In this document: positions 7,883 to 16,389 of the stretch, one piece after another
Layout: each line of letters starts with the position of its first letter
Position numbering within the stretch: the first letter of the stretch is position 1
Source of the DNA: an uncultured Acidimicrobiaceae bacterium
GTDB taxonomy: Bacteria > Actinomycetota > Acidimicrobiia > Acidimicrobiales > SZUA-35
Length of the DNA: 39,373 bases
Direction: 5' to 3'
Assembly (NCBI GenBank): GCA_964423455.1
Contig: CAYRFS010000002.1
Span: 1 to 39,373 of the forward strand
Position numbers and translations under genes: made by a program
The notes under the pieces: generated by a model
Database searches by the model: none
What the model saw: only the letters and a program-made list of their open reading frames with translations
What the model was told of the DNA's origin: nothing

Positions 7883-9118
7883 GTGAGCGGGGCCGAGTCG
7901 CTGTGGGTGGTCGTGCCAACGGCTCAGCGGCGGGACGGTAGCTGGATCGACGACACCCTGGTGACCCGCACGGCCGAGGCGGCGGCCGCCGCCGCCCGGG
8001 AGCCGGGCGGGGGCGGGCTGGGACCGTCGGCGGCCCGGGCCCCCGACGCCGGGCGGTTCCCCCGCCAGCGGGTGGAGTTGTTCCGGGGGCCGGGGGCGGC
8101 CGAGGCCGTCAACATCGCGTTCCGCCGCCGGGGCTGGACCGACGGGCTGCCGGTGGTGCCGCCCACCACGGCCCGGGTGGCCGACCTGGTGGCCGTGTCG
8201 GGCCGCAACCCCCAGGAGGTGGTGGGCGAGCTGGCCCCGCTGGGCGGGCTGGCCACCGTGGAGCGGGTGGCGGCCAACGCCGTGCTGGCGGGGTGCGGGC
8301 CGGAGCAGTTCGGCTACGTGCTGGCGGCGGTGAGCGCGGTGTGCGACCCGGCGTTCAACCTGGCCGGGGTGCAGACCACCGACGAGAACGTGGCCCCGCT
8401 GGTGGTGATCAGCGCCCCGGCGGCGGCTCGGGAGCGGGCCGAGCTGAACGCCGGGTTCGGGGTGCTCGGGCCGGGCTGGCGGGGCAACGCAACCATCGGG
8501 CGGGCCGTGCGGTTCGCCCTCAACAACCTGGGCGGGGGCTGGCCCGGGGTGGTGGCCTTCGCCGGGGCCGGCCAGCCCGGCCGCTACACGCTGGTGGTGC
8601 CGGAAGACGACGAGACCTGCCCCTGGCCGCCGCTGCGGGTGGAGCTGGGGCACAGGCTCGACGACGCCGTGGTGGTGGTGGGCCGGGCCGAGAGCGCGGT
8701 GAACGTGACCGGTGGCGTGGCCGAGGTCGTGTCGGCCATGGGGTCGGCGGCGTCGGCGTTCACCGCCCTGCACGGCGGGTCGGCGGCGGTGCTGCTGGCG
8801 CCCCATACGGCCCGGGAGCTGGCCGGGCGGGGCCTGTCCCGGCGGGGCGTGGCCGAGCGGTTGTGCGCCGAGGCCCGGATCCCGGCCGACGTGTGGCGCC
8901 GGTTCTGGGTGGCCGGGGCGGTGAAGGGGGCCGTTGCGCTCGCCGGCGCCATCGGCAGTGGTGACGGCAGTGGCGACGGCGGCGGGGTGCCGGTGCTGGC
9001 CGACCCCGATCGGCTGCTGGTGATGGTGGCCGGGGGAACGATCCCGATCCCCCAGCACGTCTGGTTCCCCGGCTGGGGCTTCCCCCCGGCCCACGTGGTC
9101 CGGGTCGTGGGCCGCTAA
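7883..9118 (+). CDS. Uncharacterised protein, standalone paralog of the C-terminal domain of the preceding selenoprotein
   Basis: 411 aa. It shares colinear motifs with 6059..7789: RGWTDGLPVVPPT versus NGWSDGLPIVAPT, NAVLAGCGPEQ versus NGVMAGCRPEY, and NATIGRAVRFALNNLGG versus NTSVGRFLRLYLRNVAG. It lacks the UGSC domain. Confidence 0.7.
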   Translation: MSGAESLWVVVPTAQRRDGSWIDDTLVTRTAEAAAAAAREPGGGGLGPSAARAPDAGRFPRQRVELFRGPGAAEAVNIAFRRRGWTDGLPVVPPTTARVADLVAVSGRNPQEVVGELAPLGGLATVERVAANAVLAGCGPEQFGYVLAAVSAVCDPAFNLAGVQTTDENVAPLVVISAPAAARERAELNAGFGVLGPGWRGNATIGRAVRFALNNLGGGWPGVVAFAGAGQPGRYTLVVPEDDETCPWPPLRVELGHRLDDAVVVVGRAESAVNVTGGVAEVVSAMGSAASAFTALHGGSAAVLLAPHTARELAGRGLSRRGVAERLCAEARIPADVWRRFWVAGAVKGAVALAGAIGSGDGSGDGGGVPVLADPDRLLVMVAGGTIPIPQHVWFPGWGFPPAHVVRVVGR

Positions 9119-9278
9119 CGCGGCGCGTCTGTGCGTCCCCCACGACCGTTCTGGCGTCGTGAAACCTGCGAGTTGCGGAGGTTTCGCTGCGCAGTTCGCC
9201 GGCCGGACGCGGTCTCCCTGGCGCAGAACGGGGGGGGGGCGGGGGGCGGATGACCGGGCGTCATGAAAGTATGGGCCG

Positions 9279-10100
9279 GTGCCGGTGGCGACGAGCGATG
9301 ACGGGACCCGGATCCATTGGGCCGAGGTGGGCGACGGGCCTCCGGTGGCGCTGGTCCACGGGCTCACCGAGTCGTCCCGGGCCTGGGATCCGATCGTCGA
9401 CCGGCTGGCCGCCGACCATCGGGTGATCACCCTCGACCTGCGGGGCCACGGGCGGTCGCCACACCCGGCGACGGGCGACTACGGCCACCGGGCGCTGGCG
9501 TCCGATCTGGCGGCCGTCCTCGACACGGCCGAGGTCGGCCACGCCGCCCACCTCGTGGGCCATTCCCGGGGCGGGCTGGTGGTGGCGGCGGTCGGTGCCG
9601 CCCGGCCGGTGGCGTCGGTGGTGGTCGTCGACCAGCCGCTCCGGCTGGCTGGCTTCCGGGACCAGGTGGCGTGGTTCGAGGCCGAGCTACGGGATCCGGC
9701 CACGTTTCCGGCGGTGATGGCGGCGGTGTTCGAGTTCAGCCTGGGCGAGCGCCTGGGGGCCGACGAGAAGCAGCGGCTGGCGGCGCTGCGCCGGGCGGAT
9801 CAGGAGGTCGTTCTCGGCGTGTGGTCGTTCCTGCTGGAGACGCCGCCGGCCGAGATCGAGACCATGATCGACGGGGCCATCGCCACTGGCGCCGCCGGGC
9901 CCCACCTGACGCTGCTCGGCACCGAGCCCGAGCCCGACTACCCGGCCTGGCTGGCCGAGCGGATACCGGGAGCGGTGGTCGAGGTGTGGGCGGGGTGCGG
10001 GCACTACCCCCACCTGGTCGACCCTGATCGGTTCACGGCGCGGCTTCGGGCGTTGTGGTCCGGGCGTAGCCCGTCGTCGGGTCCCACCGCCGGTCGGTAG
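9279..10100 (+). CDS. Alpha/beta hydrolase fold protein
   Basis: VALVHGLTESSRAWDPIVDRLAADHRVITLDLRGHGRS (the HG oxyanion region), a nucleophile elbow GHSRGG, and a C-terminal GCGHYPHL histidine. Confidence 0.85.
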   Translation: MPVATSDDGTRIHWAEVGDGPPVALVHGLTESSRAWDPIVDRLAADHRVITLDLRGHGRSPHPATGDYGHRALASDLAAVLDTAEVGHAAHLVGHSRGGLVVAAVGAARPVASVVVVDQPLRLAGFRDQVAWFEAELRDPATFPAVMAAVFEFSLGERLGADEKQRLAALRRADQEVVLGVWSFLLETPPAEIETMIDGAIATGAAGPHLTLLGTEPEPDYPAWLAERIPGAVVEVWAGCGHYPHLVDPDRFTARLRALWSGRSPSSGPTAGR

Positions 10101-10208
10101 GGCGGCCGGTCACAAGGGGTCAGCAGGGCGACGAGGTGGAGAGACCGCGGGCCGCGCTGTTGGAACGGTCGGCCACCGAACACCGGTGAGTACGCCCTAC
10201 GGGCGCGC

Positions 10209-11237
10209 TCAGTGGGACAGGTCGTTGATGACGGCCCGGCCCACGTAGGCGCCGGCTTCGAGCTCGTCGAAGATCTCGGGCAGGGCCGACAGGGGGCCCA
10301 CCCGGCCGATGTGGCTGCGCACCTTGCCTTCGGCCGCCATGTCCACCAGCTCCCGCATGTCCTGCACGTTGCCGACGGCGGAGTACATGATGGTGAAGCC
10401 CTTGCCGAAGAACTCCATCGGGTTGAGCTGGATGGGGCCCTCGCTGGCCGGCGGGATGCCCACGGCCACGTAGATGCCGCCCCGGCGCAGGACCTTGAAC
10501 CCGAGCTGGAACCCGGCGATGCGGGCGGCGAACACGAGGCAGCCGTCGGCTCCGCCCATCTCCTTGCCCAGGGTGGTGGCCGCCTCGCTGGCGTCGATGG
10601 CCCAGTCGGCCCCCAGCGACTCGATGAAGGCCAGGCGCTCGGCACCGACGTCGATACCGGCCACCTTGTATCCGTAGGCCTTGGCGATCTGGACGGCGTA
10701 GTGACCGAGCCCGCCGGCGGCGCCGACGATGGCCACGGTGCGGCCGGGCAGCACCCCGTGGCGGAACAGCTTCTTCACCGCCCCGTAGGCAGTGAGGCCA
10801 CCGCAGGCCAGGGGCGACTCGTCGTCGCCCACCGCGCTGGGCAGGGTCACCAGCGACTTGGCGTAGACGTTCATCTCCTCGGCGAAGGTTCCGAGGATGC
10901 CTTTGGTCTGGGCGCACAGGCGGGGCTCGCCACCGAGGCAGAACTCGCAGGCCCCGCACCAGTAGCCACCGCCGCTGCCGCCCAGGCCCACGATCACCCG
11001 GTCTCCCACGGAGACGAACCGGTCGGCGCCGGGGCCGAGGGCCTCGACGACGCCGATGCCCTCGTGGCCCAGCTTGCCGGCCGACGGCATGCCGTCCCAG
11101 TGGCCCCGGGCGATGTGGAGGTCGGAGTGGCAGACACCGGCGGTCAGCAGGCGCAGGCGGGCCTGATCAGGCCCCGGGTCACGCACGTTCTCGTCGGTGA
11201 TGACCACCTTGCCGTCGTCGAATCGAGCGGTCTTCAT
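10209..11237 (-). CDS. Zinc-dependent alcohol dehydrogenase (MDR family)
   Basis: GVCHSDLH, GHEGIGVV, the structural-zinc cysteine cluster CGACEFCLGGEPRLC, and the NAD fold GAAGGLG. Confidence 0.9.
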   Translation of the reverse strand: MKTARFDDGKVVITDENVRDPGPDQARLRLLTAGVCHSDLHIARGHWDGMPSAGKLGHEGIGVVEALGPGADRFVSVGDRVIVGLGGSGGGYWCGACEFCLGGEPRLCAQTKGILGTFAEEMNVYAKSLVTLPSAVGDDESPLACGGLTAYGAVKKLFRHGVLPGRTVAIVGAAGGLGHYAVQIAKAYGYKVAGIDVGAERLAFIESLGADWAIDASEAATTLGKEMGGADGCLVFAARIAGFQLGFKVLRRGGIYVAVGIPPASEGPIQLNPMEFFGKGFTIMYSAVGNVQDMRELVDMAAEGKVRSHIGRVGPLSALPEIFDELEAGAYVGRAVINDLSH

Positions 11238-11315
11238 CGCTGGGTTCCCTTCCCCCGGTACCGGTGGGCCGAGTATGGCACCGGTGCCGATGGGCGGGCC
11301 AAGAGACGCCCGGCA

Positions 11316-12830
11316 TCAGGGGCCGGTTGTGGCGATCGGGCCCGGGTCGTCGACGGTGGCGTTGGGCCCCGGCGGCGCGGCGAGGGTGGGGTTGGTCGTC
11401 GGGGGAGCGGTCTCGAAGGTGGTGGCCGGCTGGGCCGGGTAGCGGGCGGTCCAGGTGGCCAGATCGGTGTAGGTGACGGCGTTGGCCACGGCAACGGCCT
11501 GGCCGTTGGTCAGCCCGTGGCCGACGAGCTGGGCCCACCAGCCGTGGTCGTCGAGGGGCCAGGTCAGGGTGATCCCACCGTCCTGCTCGCTCAGGTAGCC
11601 GTCCCGACCGCCTACGGTCACCCGGCTGTGGTCGGATCGGGGATCGATGGCCGGCTGGGCCGTGATCATGATGCGGCTGGCGCCGGTGCCGTAGATGACG
11701 CTCAGCCAGGGCAGCGGCTCGGCCACCGGGCCAGCGGGGCCGGCCAGGACGACCAAACCCGAAGGGAGCTGCCCCTGCACCGCCACGCTGGGCAGGCCGG
11801 TGGCCTGGGGCGTCACCCTCAGCGCGGTGATGAGGTCGTCTACCACCAGGTCGCTGCCCGGGGCGAGGTCGACCGTCATCGTGGCCCCGGCCTCGTCCCA
11901 CTGATAGCGCTGGAACGCCACCCCCGGGTTCACGTTGACAACGCCCGGTCTCTCCAGCCACTCGGCCTGCAGCGCCTCGACCACCGCATGATCGTCGATC
12001 TCGAGGTCGACCTGGAACGAGGTGGGCAGGTCGGCGGGATCGACCAGATCGAGCAGCTCGGGCCGGCTGGCGTAGTGCTGTCGGAAGGTGTCCCAGGTCG
12101 CGTCGGGGCCGGTGTAGGTGAACGAGCGCACCACGAGGGCGTCTTCGAGCAGGGTCCGGAGCGGGTCGATCTCGGCTTGCGACGCTCCAGGCCGCAGCCA
12201 GACGACCAGATCGGCCGTTCCGTCCGTCCCGTACGGCAGGCGGACCGTGCGGGCCCCAACCGATCGGGTAACGGGCGCCACCAAACCCGACGTCAGGTCC
12301 ACCGGGTCGATCGGGTCGGCGGAGACCTCCCCGCCCCCGGTGGCGGGGGCGGCTTCGACCGACACGGTGACCAGGTCGCGGACGTTCTCGCCATCGATCC
12401 GACCCAGCACCAGGGCCGGACCCGTCATCGTGAGCGAATCGCGTTGGATCACGAAGCCGGCCTCCGGGCCGAGGCCGAACGACGCCAGCACCGCCGGATC
12501 GAGCTCGGGATAGATCCGGGCACCGTCGGCAGAGGGCCCGGTGATCGGGACCAGCGGCTCCTGCCCGCCCCGCTGCCACAGGGCCAGAGTAAGCGCGACG
12601 CCCGCCACCAGCGCCGCCGCCGCGAACACGAGCCGTCCCCCCCGGGATAGCGGGCGTCCCGGCCCGAGGTGGCTGGCAGTCCGGCCCGGCCACTCCCCCG
12701 GCCCGGCGATCTGGTCGAGGCGGTCGTCCACCGCCACCCGGGCCGCCCGTTGGCGGAGGGCCCCGGTGGCGCGGGGTGCGAGGTGGTCGCCGTCTGTGTG
12801 GTCGCTCGTCATCCCAGGGCCGCTGGTCAT
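11316..12830 (-). CDS. Single-pass membrane protein translationally coupled to the ECF sigma factor. Putative anti-sigma factor with an FtsX-ECD-like extracytoplasmic domain.
   Basis: The ATG at 12830 overlaps the sigma gene stop (TGATG). One TM helix (LVFAAAALVAGVALTLALW) lies about 70 aa from the N-terminus. The external segment ASQAEIDPLRTLLEDALVVRSFTYTGPDATWDTFRQHY...DLPTSFQVDLEIDDHAVVEALQAEWLERPGVVNV resembles the FtsX extracellular domain. There is no HxxxCxxC zinc anti-sigma motif. Confidence 0.65.
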   Translation of the reverse strand: MTSGPGMTSDHTDGDHLAPRATGALRQRAARVAVDDRLDQIAGPGEWPGRTASHLGPGRPLSRGGRLVFAAAALVAGVALTLALWQRGGQEPLVPITGPSADGARIYPELDPAVLASFGLGPEAGFVIQRDSLTMTGPALVLGRIDGENVRDLVTVSVEAAPATGGGEVSADPIDPVDLTSGLVAPVTRSVGARTVRLPYGTDGTADLVVWLRPGASQAEIDPLRTLLEDALVVRSFTYTGPDATWDTFRQHYASRPELLDLVDPADLPTSFQVDLEIDDHAVVEALQAEWLERPGVVNVNPGVAFQRYQWDEAGATMTVDLAPGSDLVVDDLITALRVTPQATGLPSVAVQGQLPSGLVVLAGPAGPVAEPLPWLSVIYGTGASRIMITAQPAIDPRSDHSRVTVGGRDGYLSEQDGGITLTWPLDDHGWWAQLVGHGLTNGQAVAVANAVTYTDLATWTARYPAQPATTFETAPPTTNPTLAAPPGPNATVDDPGPIATTGP

Positions 12831-13318
12831 CAGAGGGCCTTTCGCATCGTGGTGAGGGCCCGGTGGAGCCAGGGGCCGACGGAGCCGGGCCGGCAGCCGA
12901 GGGAGGCGGCGATCTCGGCTTCGGTGCGGCCCTCGTAGAACCGCAGCACCACCACCGCCCGCTGGTTGAACGGGAGGGCGGCGATGACGTCCCACAGGAT
13001 CTCGTTGTCCCCGGCGGCCGCGGGGGTGGGGGCTTCGGCCTGGCGGGGGGCCATGGCCCGCCACCGGCCCTCGCGACGGGCCCGGTCGCGACAGCCGTTG
13101 AGCACGGAGCGGTTGAGGTAGGGGCCGGGATCGGCCACCGAGCCCCACCGTTGGTACAGGGCGAGGAAGGCATCGTGCACGACGTCGTTGGCGGCGGCCT
13201 CGTCGCCCGCCAGCAACAGGGCGGCCCGGCGGACCTGTACCGGGTTCTCGAACCGGTAGAAGGCCTCGAACGTGGAGCTGGTGGGGGCCGCCACCTCGGC
13301 CGGCGGTGCTGTTGCCAT
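12830..13318 (-). CDS. ECF-type RNA polymerase sigma-70 family factor
   Basis: Region 2 (DVVHDAFLALYQRWGSV...YLNRSVLNGCRDRARR) and region 4 (LPFNQRAVVVLRFYEGRTEAEIAASLGCRPGSVGPWLHRA). The ATG at 13318 has GGAGAGG upstream. An alternative in-frame ATG lies at 13351. Confidence 0.85.
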   Translation of the reverse strand: MATAPPAEVAAPTSSTFEAFYRFENPVQVRRAALLLAGDEAAANDVVHDAFLALYQRWGSVADPGPYLNRSVLNGCRDRARREGRWRAMAPRQAEAPTPAAAGDNEILWDVIAALPFNQRAVVVLRFYEGRTEAEIAASLGCRPGSVGPWLHRALTTMRKAL

Positions 13319-13415
13319 CACCCTCTCCACGCCGGGTAGGGCCGGATCCATACGAACCGAGCGAAATCAGGACCTGATCTCGGGCGCCTCGGCCCGCGGG
13401 CGAGCTGGCACGGGC

Positions 13416-14696
13416 TCAGCCGACGTCGGTGGCGAGCAGATCGTCCCAGGTCTCGCGGCGGACCACGAGGCGGGCGTCGCCGTTGCGGACGAACACCACC
13501 GGGGGCCGGGTGACCTTGTTGTAGTTGGAGCCCATGGAGTGGCCGTAGGCCCCGGTGACGGGGGTGGCGAGGATGTCACCGACGGCAATGTCGGCCGGGA
13601 CCTTGGCGTCACGGACCAGTAGGTCGCCCGACTCGCAGTGCTTGCCCACCACCCGGGCCGCCCGGTGGCGCTCACCGGTCACCGAGCGGGCCAGGAACGT
13701 CTCGTAGCCCGAGCCGTAGAGCACGGGGCGGGGGTTGTCGCTCATGCCCCCGTCGACCGCGACATAGGTGCGGATGCCGGGCAGGTCCTTGATCGTGCCC
13801 ACCGTGTAGAGGGTGACGGCAGCGGCGGCCACGATCGAGCGGCCGGGCTCGATCCCGATGCGGGCCGAGATGCCGGCATCGGCCGCCGCCTTGGCGATGA
13901 TGCGGGACCACTGGGTGATGGTAGGGGCTTCCTCCCCCTCCACGTAGGCCACGCCGAGGCCGCCCCCCACCACCAGCTCGGGCAGGTCGAGGGGGTTGGC
14001 GAAGCGGCCTAGCACGTCGATGGCGGCGGCGAAGCTGTCGACCCGGAACACCTGGGAGCCGATGTGGGCGTGGATGCCGACGAGGTTGACCGAACGGGAG
14101 GCCCGGGCCCGTTCGACGGCGGCGGTGGCGGCCCCGGTGGACACGGTGAAGCCGAATTTCGAGTCGTCGTGACCGGTGGCGATGAACTCGTGCGTCTCGG
14201 CCTTGATGCCGGGGGTGATGCGCAGCAACACGTCGGGGGCCTGATAGGCGGGGCCGGCTTCGGCGGCCAGGGCGTCGAGGCGGTCGAGCTCGTCGAAGGA
14301 GTCGACCACGATGCGACCGATACCGACGCTCAGGGCGTAGCGCAGCTCGTCGGCCGACTTGTTGTTGCCGTGGAACACGAGCCGGCTGGCCGGTACGCCG
14401 GCGGCCAGGCAGGTGTGGAGCTCGCCGCCGGTGGCCACGTCGAGCCCCAGGCCTTCTTCGTGGGCGAGGCGGGCCATGGCCTTGCACAGGAACGCCTTGG
14501 AGGCGTAGACGGCGTGGTCGCCGAAGGCCTCGGCCGCCTCGCGGCACCGGGCCCGGAGATGGTCTTCGTCGTAGACGAACAGGGGCGTGCCCAGCTCGCG
14601 TGCGAGGTCGAGCGTGTCGCACCCTCCGATCAGCAGCTGGCCGGCGGGGCCGACCGAGGCGTTGTCGGGAAGGAGCGACCAGGGGACGGGGATCAT
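13416..14696 (-). CDS. lysA: Diaminopimelate decarboxylase
   Basis: From the ATG at 14696: MIPVPWSLLP...GTPLFVYDEDHLRARC...YASKAF (PLP lysine), GHDDSKFG, GIHAHIGSQ, CESGD. The ORF-track 511-aa version is over-extended at the N-terminus. Confidence 0.93.
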   Translation of the reverse strand: MIPVPWSLLPDNASVGPAGQLLIGGCDTLDLARELGTPLFVYDEDHLRARCREAAEAFGDHAVYASKAFLCKAMARLAHEEGLGLDVATGGELHTCLAAGVPASRLVFHGNNKSADELRYALSVGIGRIVVDSFDELDRLDALAAEAGPAYQAPDVLLRITPGIKAETHEFIATGHDDSKFGFTVSTGAATAAVERARASRSVNLVGIHAHIGSQVFRVDSFAAAIDVLGRFANPLDLPELVVGGGLGVAYVEGEEAPTITQWSRIIAKAAADAGISARIGIEPGRSIVAAAAVTLYTVGTIKDLPGIRTYVAVDGGMSDNPRPVLYGSGYETFLARSVTGERHRAARVVGKHCESGDLLVRDAKVPADIAVGDILATPVTGAYGHSMGSNYNKVTRPPVVFVRNGDARLVVRRETWDDLLATDVG

Positions 14697-14755
14697 CGGG
14701 CGGGCTCGCTGGTTCTCACGCTGTCGTTTGTGCTCGGGGTTGTAGCAGCCGGGGC

Positions 14756-14800
14756 CGCATCGGCTCGGGTCGCATCGGCTCGGGTCACATCTGCTCGGGG
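14756..14800. repeat. Three tandem copies of a 15-bp unit spanning the argS stop codon
   Basis: cgcatcggctcgggt appears at 14756-14770 and 14771-14785. A degenerate copy, cacatctgctcgggg, lies at 14786-14800 and encodes the last argS residues (PEQM-stop on the minus strand). Confidence 0.75.
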
Positions 14801-16389
14801 GCTGAGACCCCGAGGAGGTCGAGGCCGATGGCGAGGCCGGTCCGGGCCGCCTCGGCCAGCCACAGGCGGGCCTGCTGGACGTCGGGTGGCACGTCGCTGC
14901 GCAGGATCGGGCAATCGCGGTAGAAGCCGTGGAAGGCGGCGGCCAGGTCACGCACCCAGGTGGTGATCTTTTGGGGGGCCCGCTCGGTGCACGCCAGCTC
15001 CACCGTCTCGGGCAGCAGCTCGAGCTGGCGCAGCAGCTCCAGCTCCCGTTCGGCGACGAGGGGGGCCAGGCTGACCTCGGCCAGCGGACGACGCTCGATG
15101 CCCCGGGTCGCTGCCTCCCGGGTGATGGAATGGATGCGGGCGTTGGCGTACTGCACGTAGTAGACGGGGTTCTCGGCGGCCTGGGCCCGCAGCACGTCGA
15201 TGTCGATGGTCTGGCCCGAGTCGATCGACTGGAGGAGGTAGGCGAAGCGGGCCACGTCGGGGCCGACGTCGTCTATCAGGTCCCGGATCTCCACCATGGT
15301 GCCGGCCCGCTTGGACAGCTTCAGCTCCTGGCCGTCGCGCAGCAGCTTCACGTTCTGGCCGATGATGACCTCGTAGGTGTCGGGGTCCTTGCCCATGGCC
15401 TGGAGGGCGGCCCGCATGCGGGGGGCGTAGCCGTGGTGGTCGGCGCCCAGGATGTCGATCAGGTGGTCACCCCGGCGGTACTTGTCGAGGTGGTAGGCGA
15501 TGTCGGGCAGGACGTAGGTGAACTCGCCGTCGCTCTTGACCAGCGGGCGGTCCTTGTCGTCGCCGAAGTTGGAGGAACGCAGCCAGGTGGCGCCATCGGC
15601 CTCGTAGGCCTGGCCCCGGGCCCGCAGCTCGGCCAGCACAGCCTCGGGGGCTCCGGTCTCGGTGAGGGCGGCCTCGCTCGACCAGGTGTCGAACTCCACG
15701 TGCATGGCGGCCAGCACCTCGCGGGCGTCTCGCAAGGAGCGCTGGATGCCCCAGGCTGTGGGATCGGCGTCGGCCGGCATCTCGGCCGCCCAGTCCGTGA
15801 TGTACTGACCGAGATAGCCGTTGTCGGGGGCGGGCTCGCCATTGCGGGCGGCCACGAGGGAGGCCCCGAACAGGCGGGACTGGACGCCCCGGTCGTTCAC
15901 GTAGAACTCGCGGTGGACCTTGTAGCCGCAGCGTTCCATGACCCGGGCCAGGGAGTCGCCGTAGGCGCCCCAGCGGCCACCACCAGCGTGGATGGGGCCG
16001 GTGGGGTTGGCCGAGACGAACTCGATGTTCACGCTCCGGCCGGCGCCCAGGTCGGACCGGCCATAGGTGGGCTCGCCCTGGGTCACGACGTCGGTGAGCA
16101 CCTCGTGGAGCCAGGTGGGGGCGAGGTGGAAGTTGACGAAGCCGGGACCGGCCAGCTCCAGACGCTCGACGTGGAGCGGAGGGGCGGCCTGGAGGTGGTC
16201 GAGCAGGGCCTGGCCCAACTCGCGGGGGTTGCGCTTGGCCGCCTTGGCACAAGCCAGGGCGGCGTTGGTCGACCAGTCTCCGTGCTCTCGTCGGGCCGGC
16301 CGCTCCAGCCCCACGCCCTCGGGCACGGGATCGACGCCCAAGTCGGCGAGGGCGGATCGAACTGCGTCGAGCAGTTGCTGGCGAATCAT
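14785..16389 (-). CDS. argS: Arginine--tRNA ligase
   Basis: From the ATG at 16389: MIRQQLLDAVRSALADLG. It shows a class I HIGH-like motif (ANPTGPIHAGG) and a DALR anticodon-binding C-terminus. It lies upstream of lysA, as in mycobacterial synteny. Confidence 0.95.
   Translation of the reverse strand: MIRQQLLDAVRSALADLGVDPVPEGVGLERPARREHGDWSTNAALACAKAAKRNPRELGQALLDHLQAAPPLHVERLELAGPGFVNFHLAPTWLHEVLTDVVTQGEPTYGRSDLGAGRSVNIEFVSANPTGPIHAGGGRWGAYGDSLARVMERCGYKVHREFYVNDRGVQSRLFGASLVAARNGEPAPDNGYLGQYITDWAAEMPADADPTAWGIQRSLRDAREVLAAMHVEFDTWSSEAALTETGAPEAVLAELRARGQAYEADGATWLRSSNFGDDKDRPLVKSDGEFTYVLPDIAYHLDKYRRGDHLIDILGADHHGYAPRMRAALQAMGKDPDTYEVIIGQNVKLLRDGQELKLSKRAGTMVEIRDLIDDVGPDVARFAYLLQSIDSGQTIDIDVLRAQAAENPVYYVQYANARIHSITREAATRGIERRPLAEVSLAPLVAERELELLRQLELLPETVELACTERAPQKITTWVRDLAAAFHGFYRDCPILRSDVPPDVQQARLWLAEAARTGLAIGLDLLGVSAPEQM

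Noticed and set aside
6038-9430. A 1130-aa minus-strand ORF spanning both paralogous genes
   Set aside because: It is antisense to two well-supported plus-strand genes. The translation is dominated by R/P/G/H runs with no recognisable motif. Long stop-free antisense frames like this are expected in roughly 70% GC DNA.
13352-13415. A possible ECF-type autoregulatory promoter (GGTCC-N15-CGTA on the minus strand) and a 13-nt palindrome ATCAGGACCTGAT (13366-13378) upstream of the sigma gene
   Set aside because: The -35 and -10 elements deviate from the GGAAC / CGT(C/T) consensus. The placement works only if the sigma start is the downstream ATG at 13318. The call is too speculative without a mapped transcription start site.
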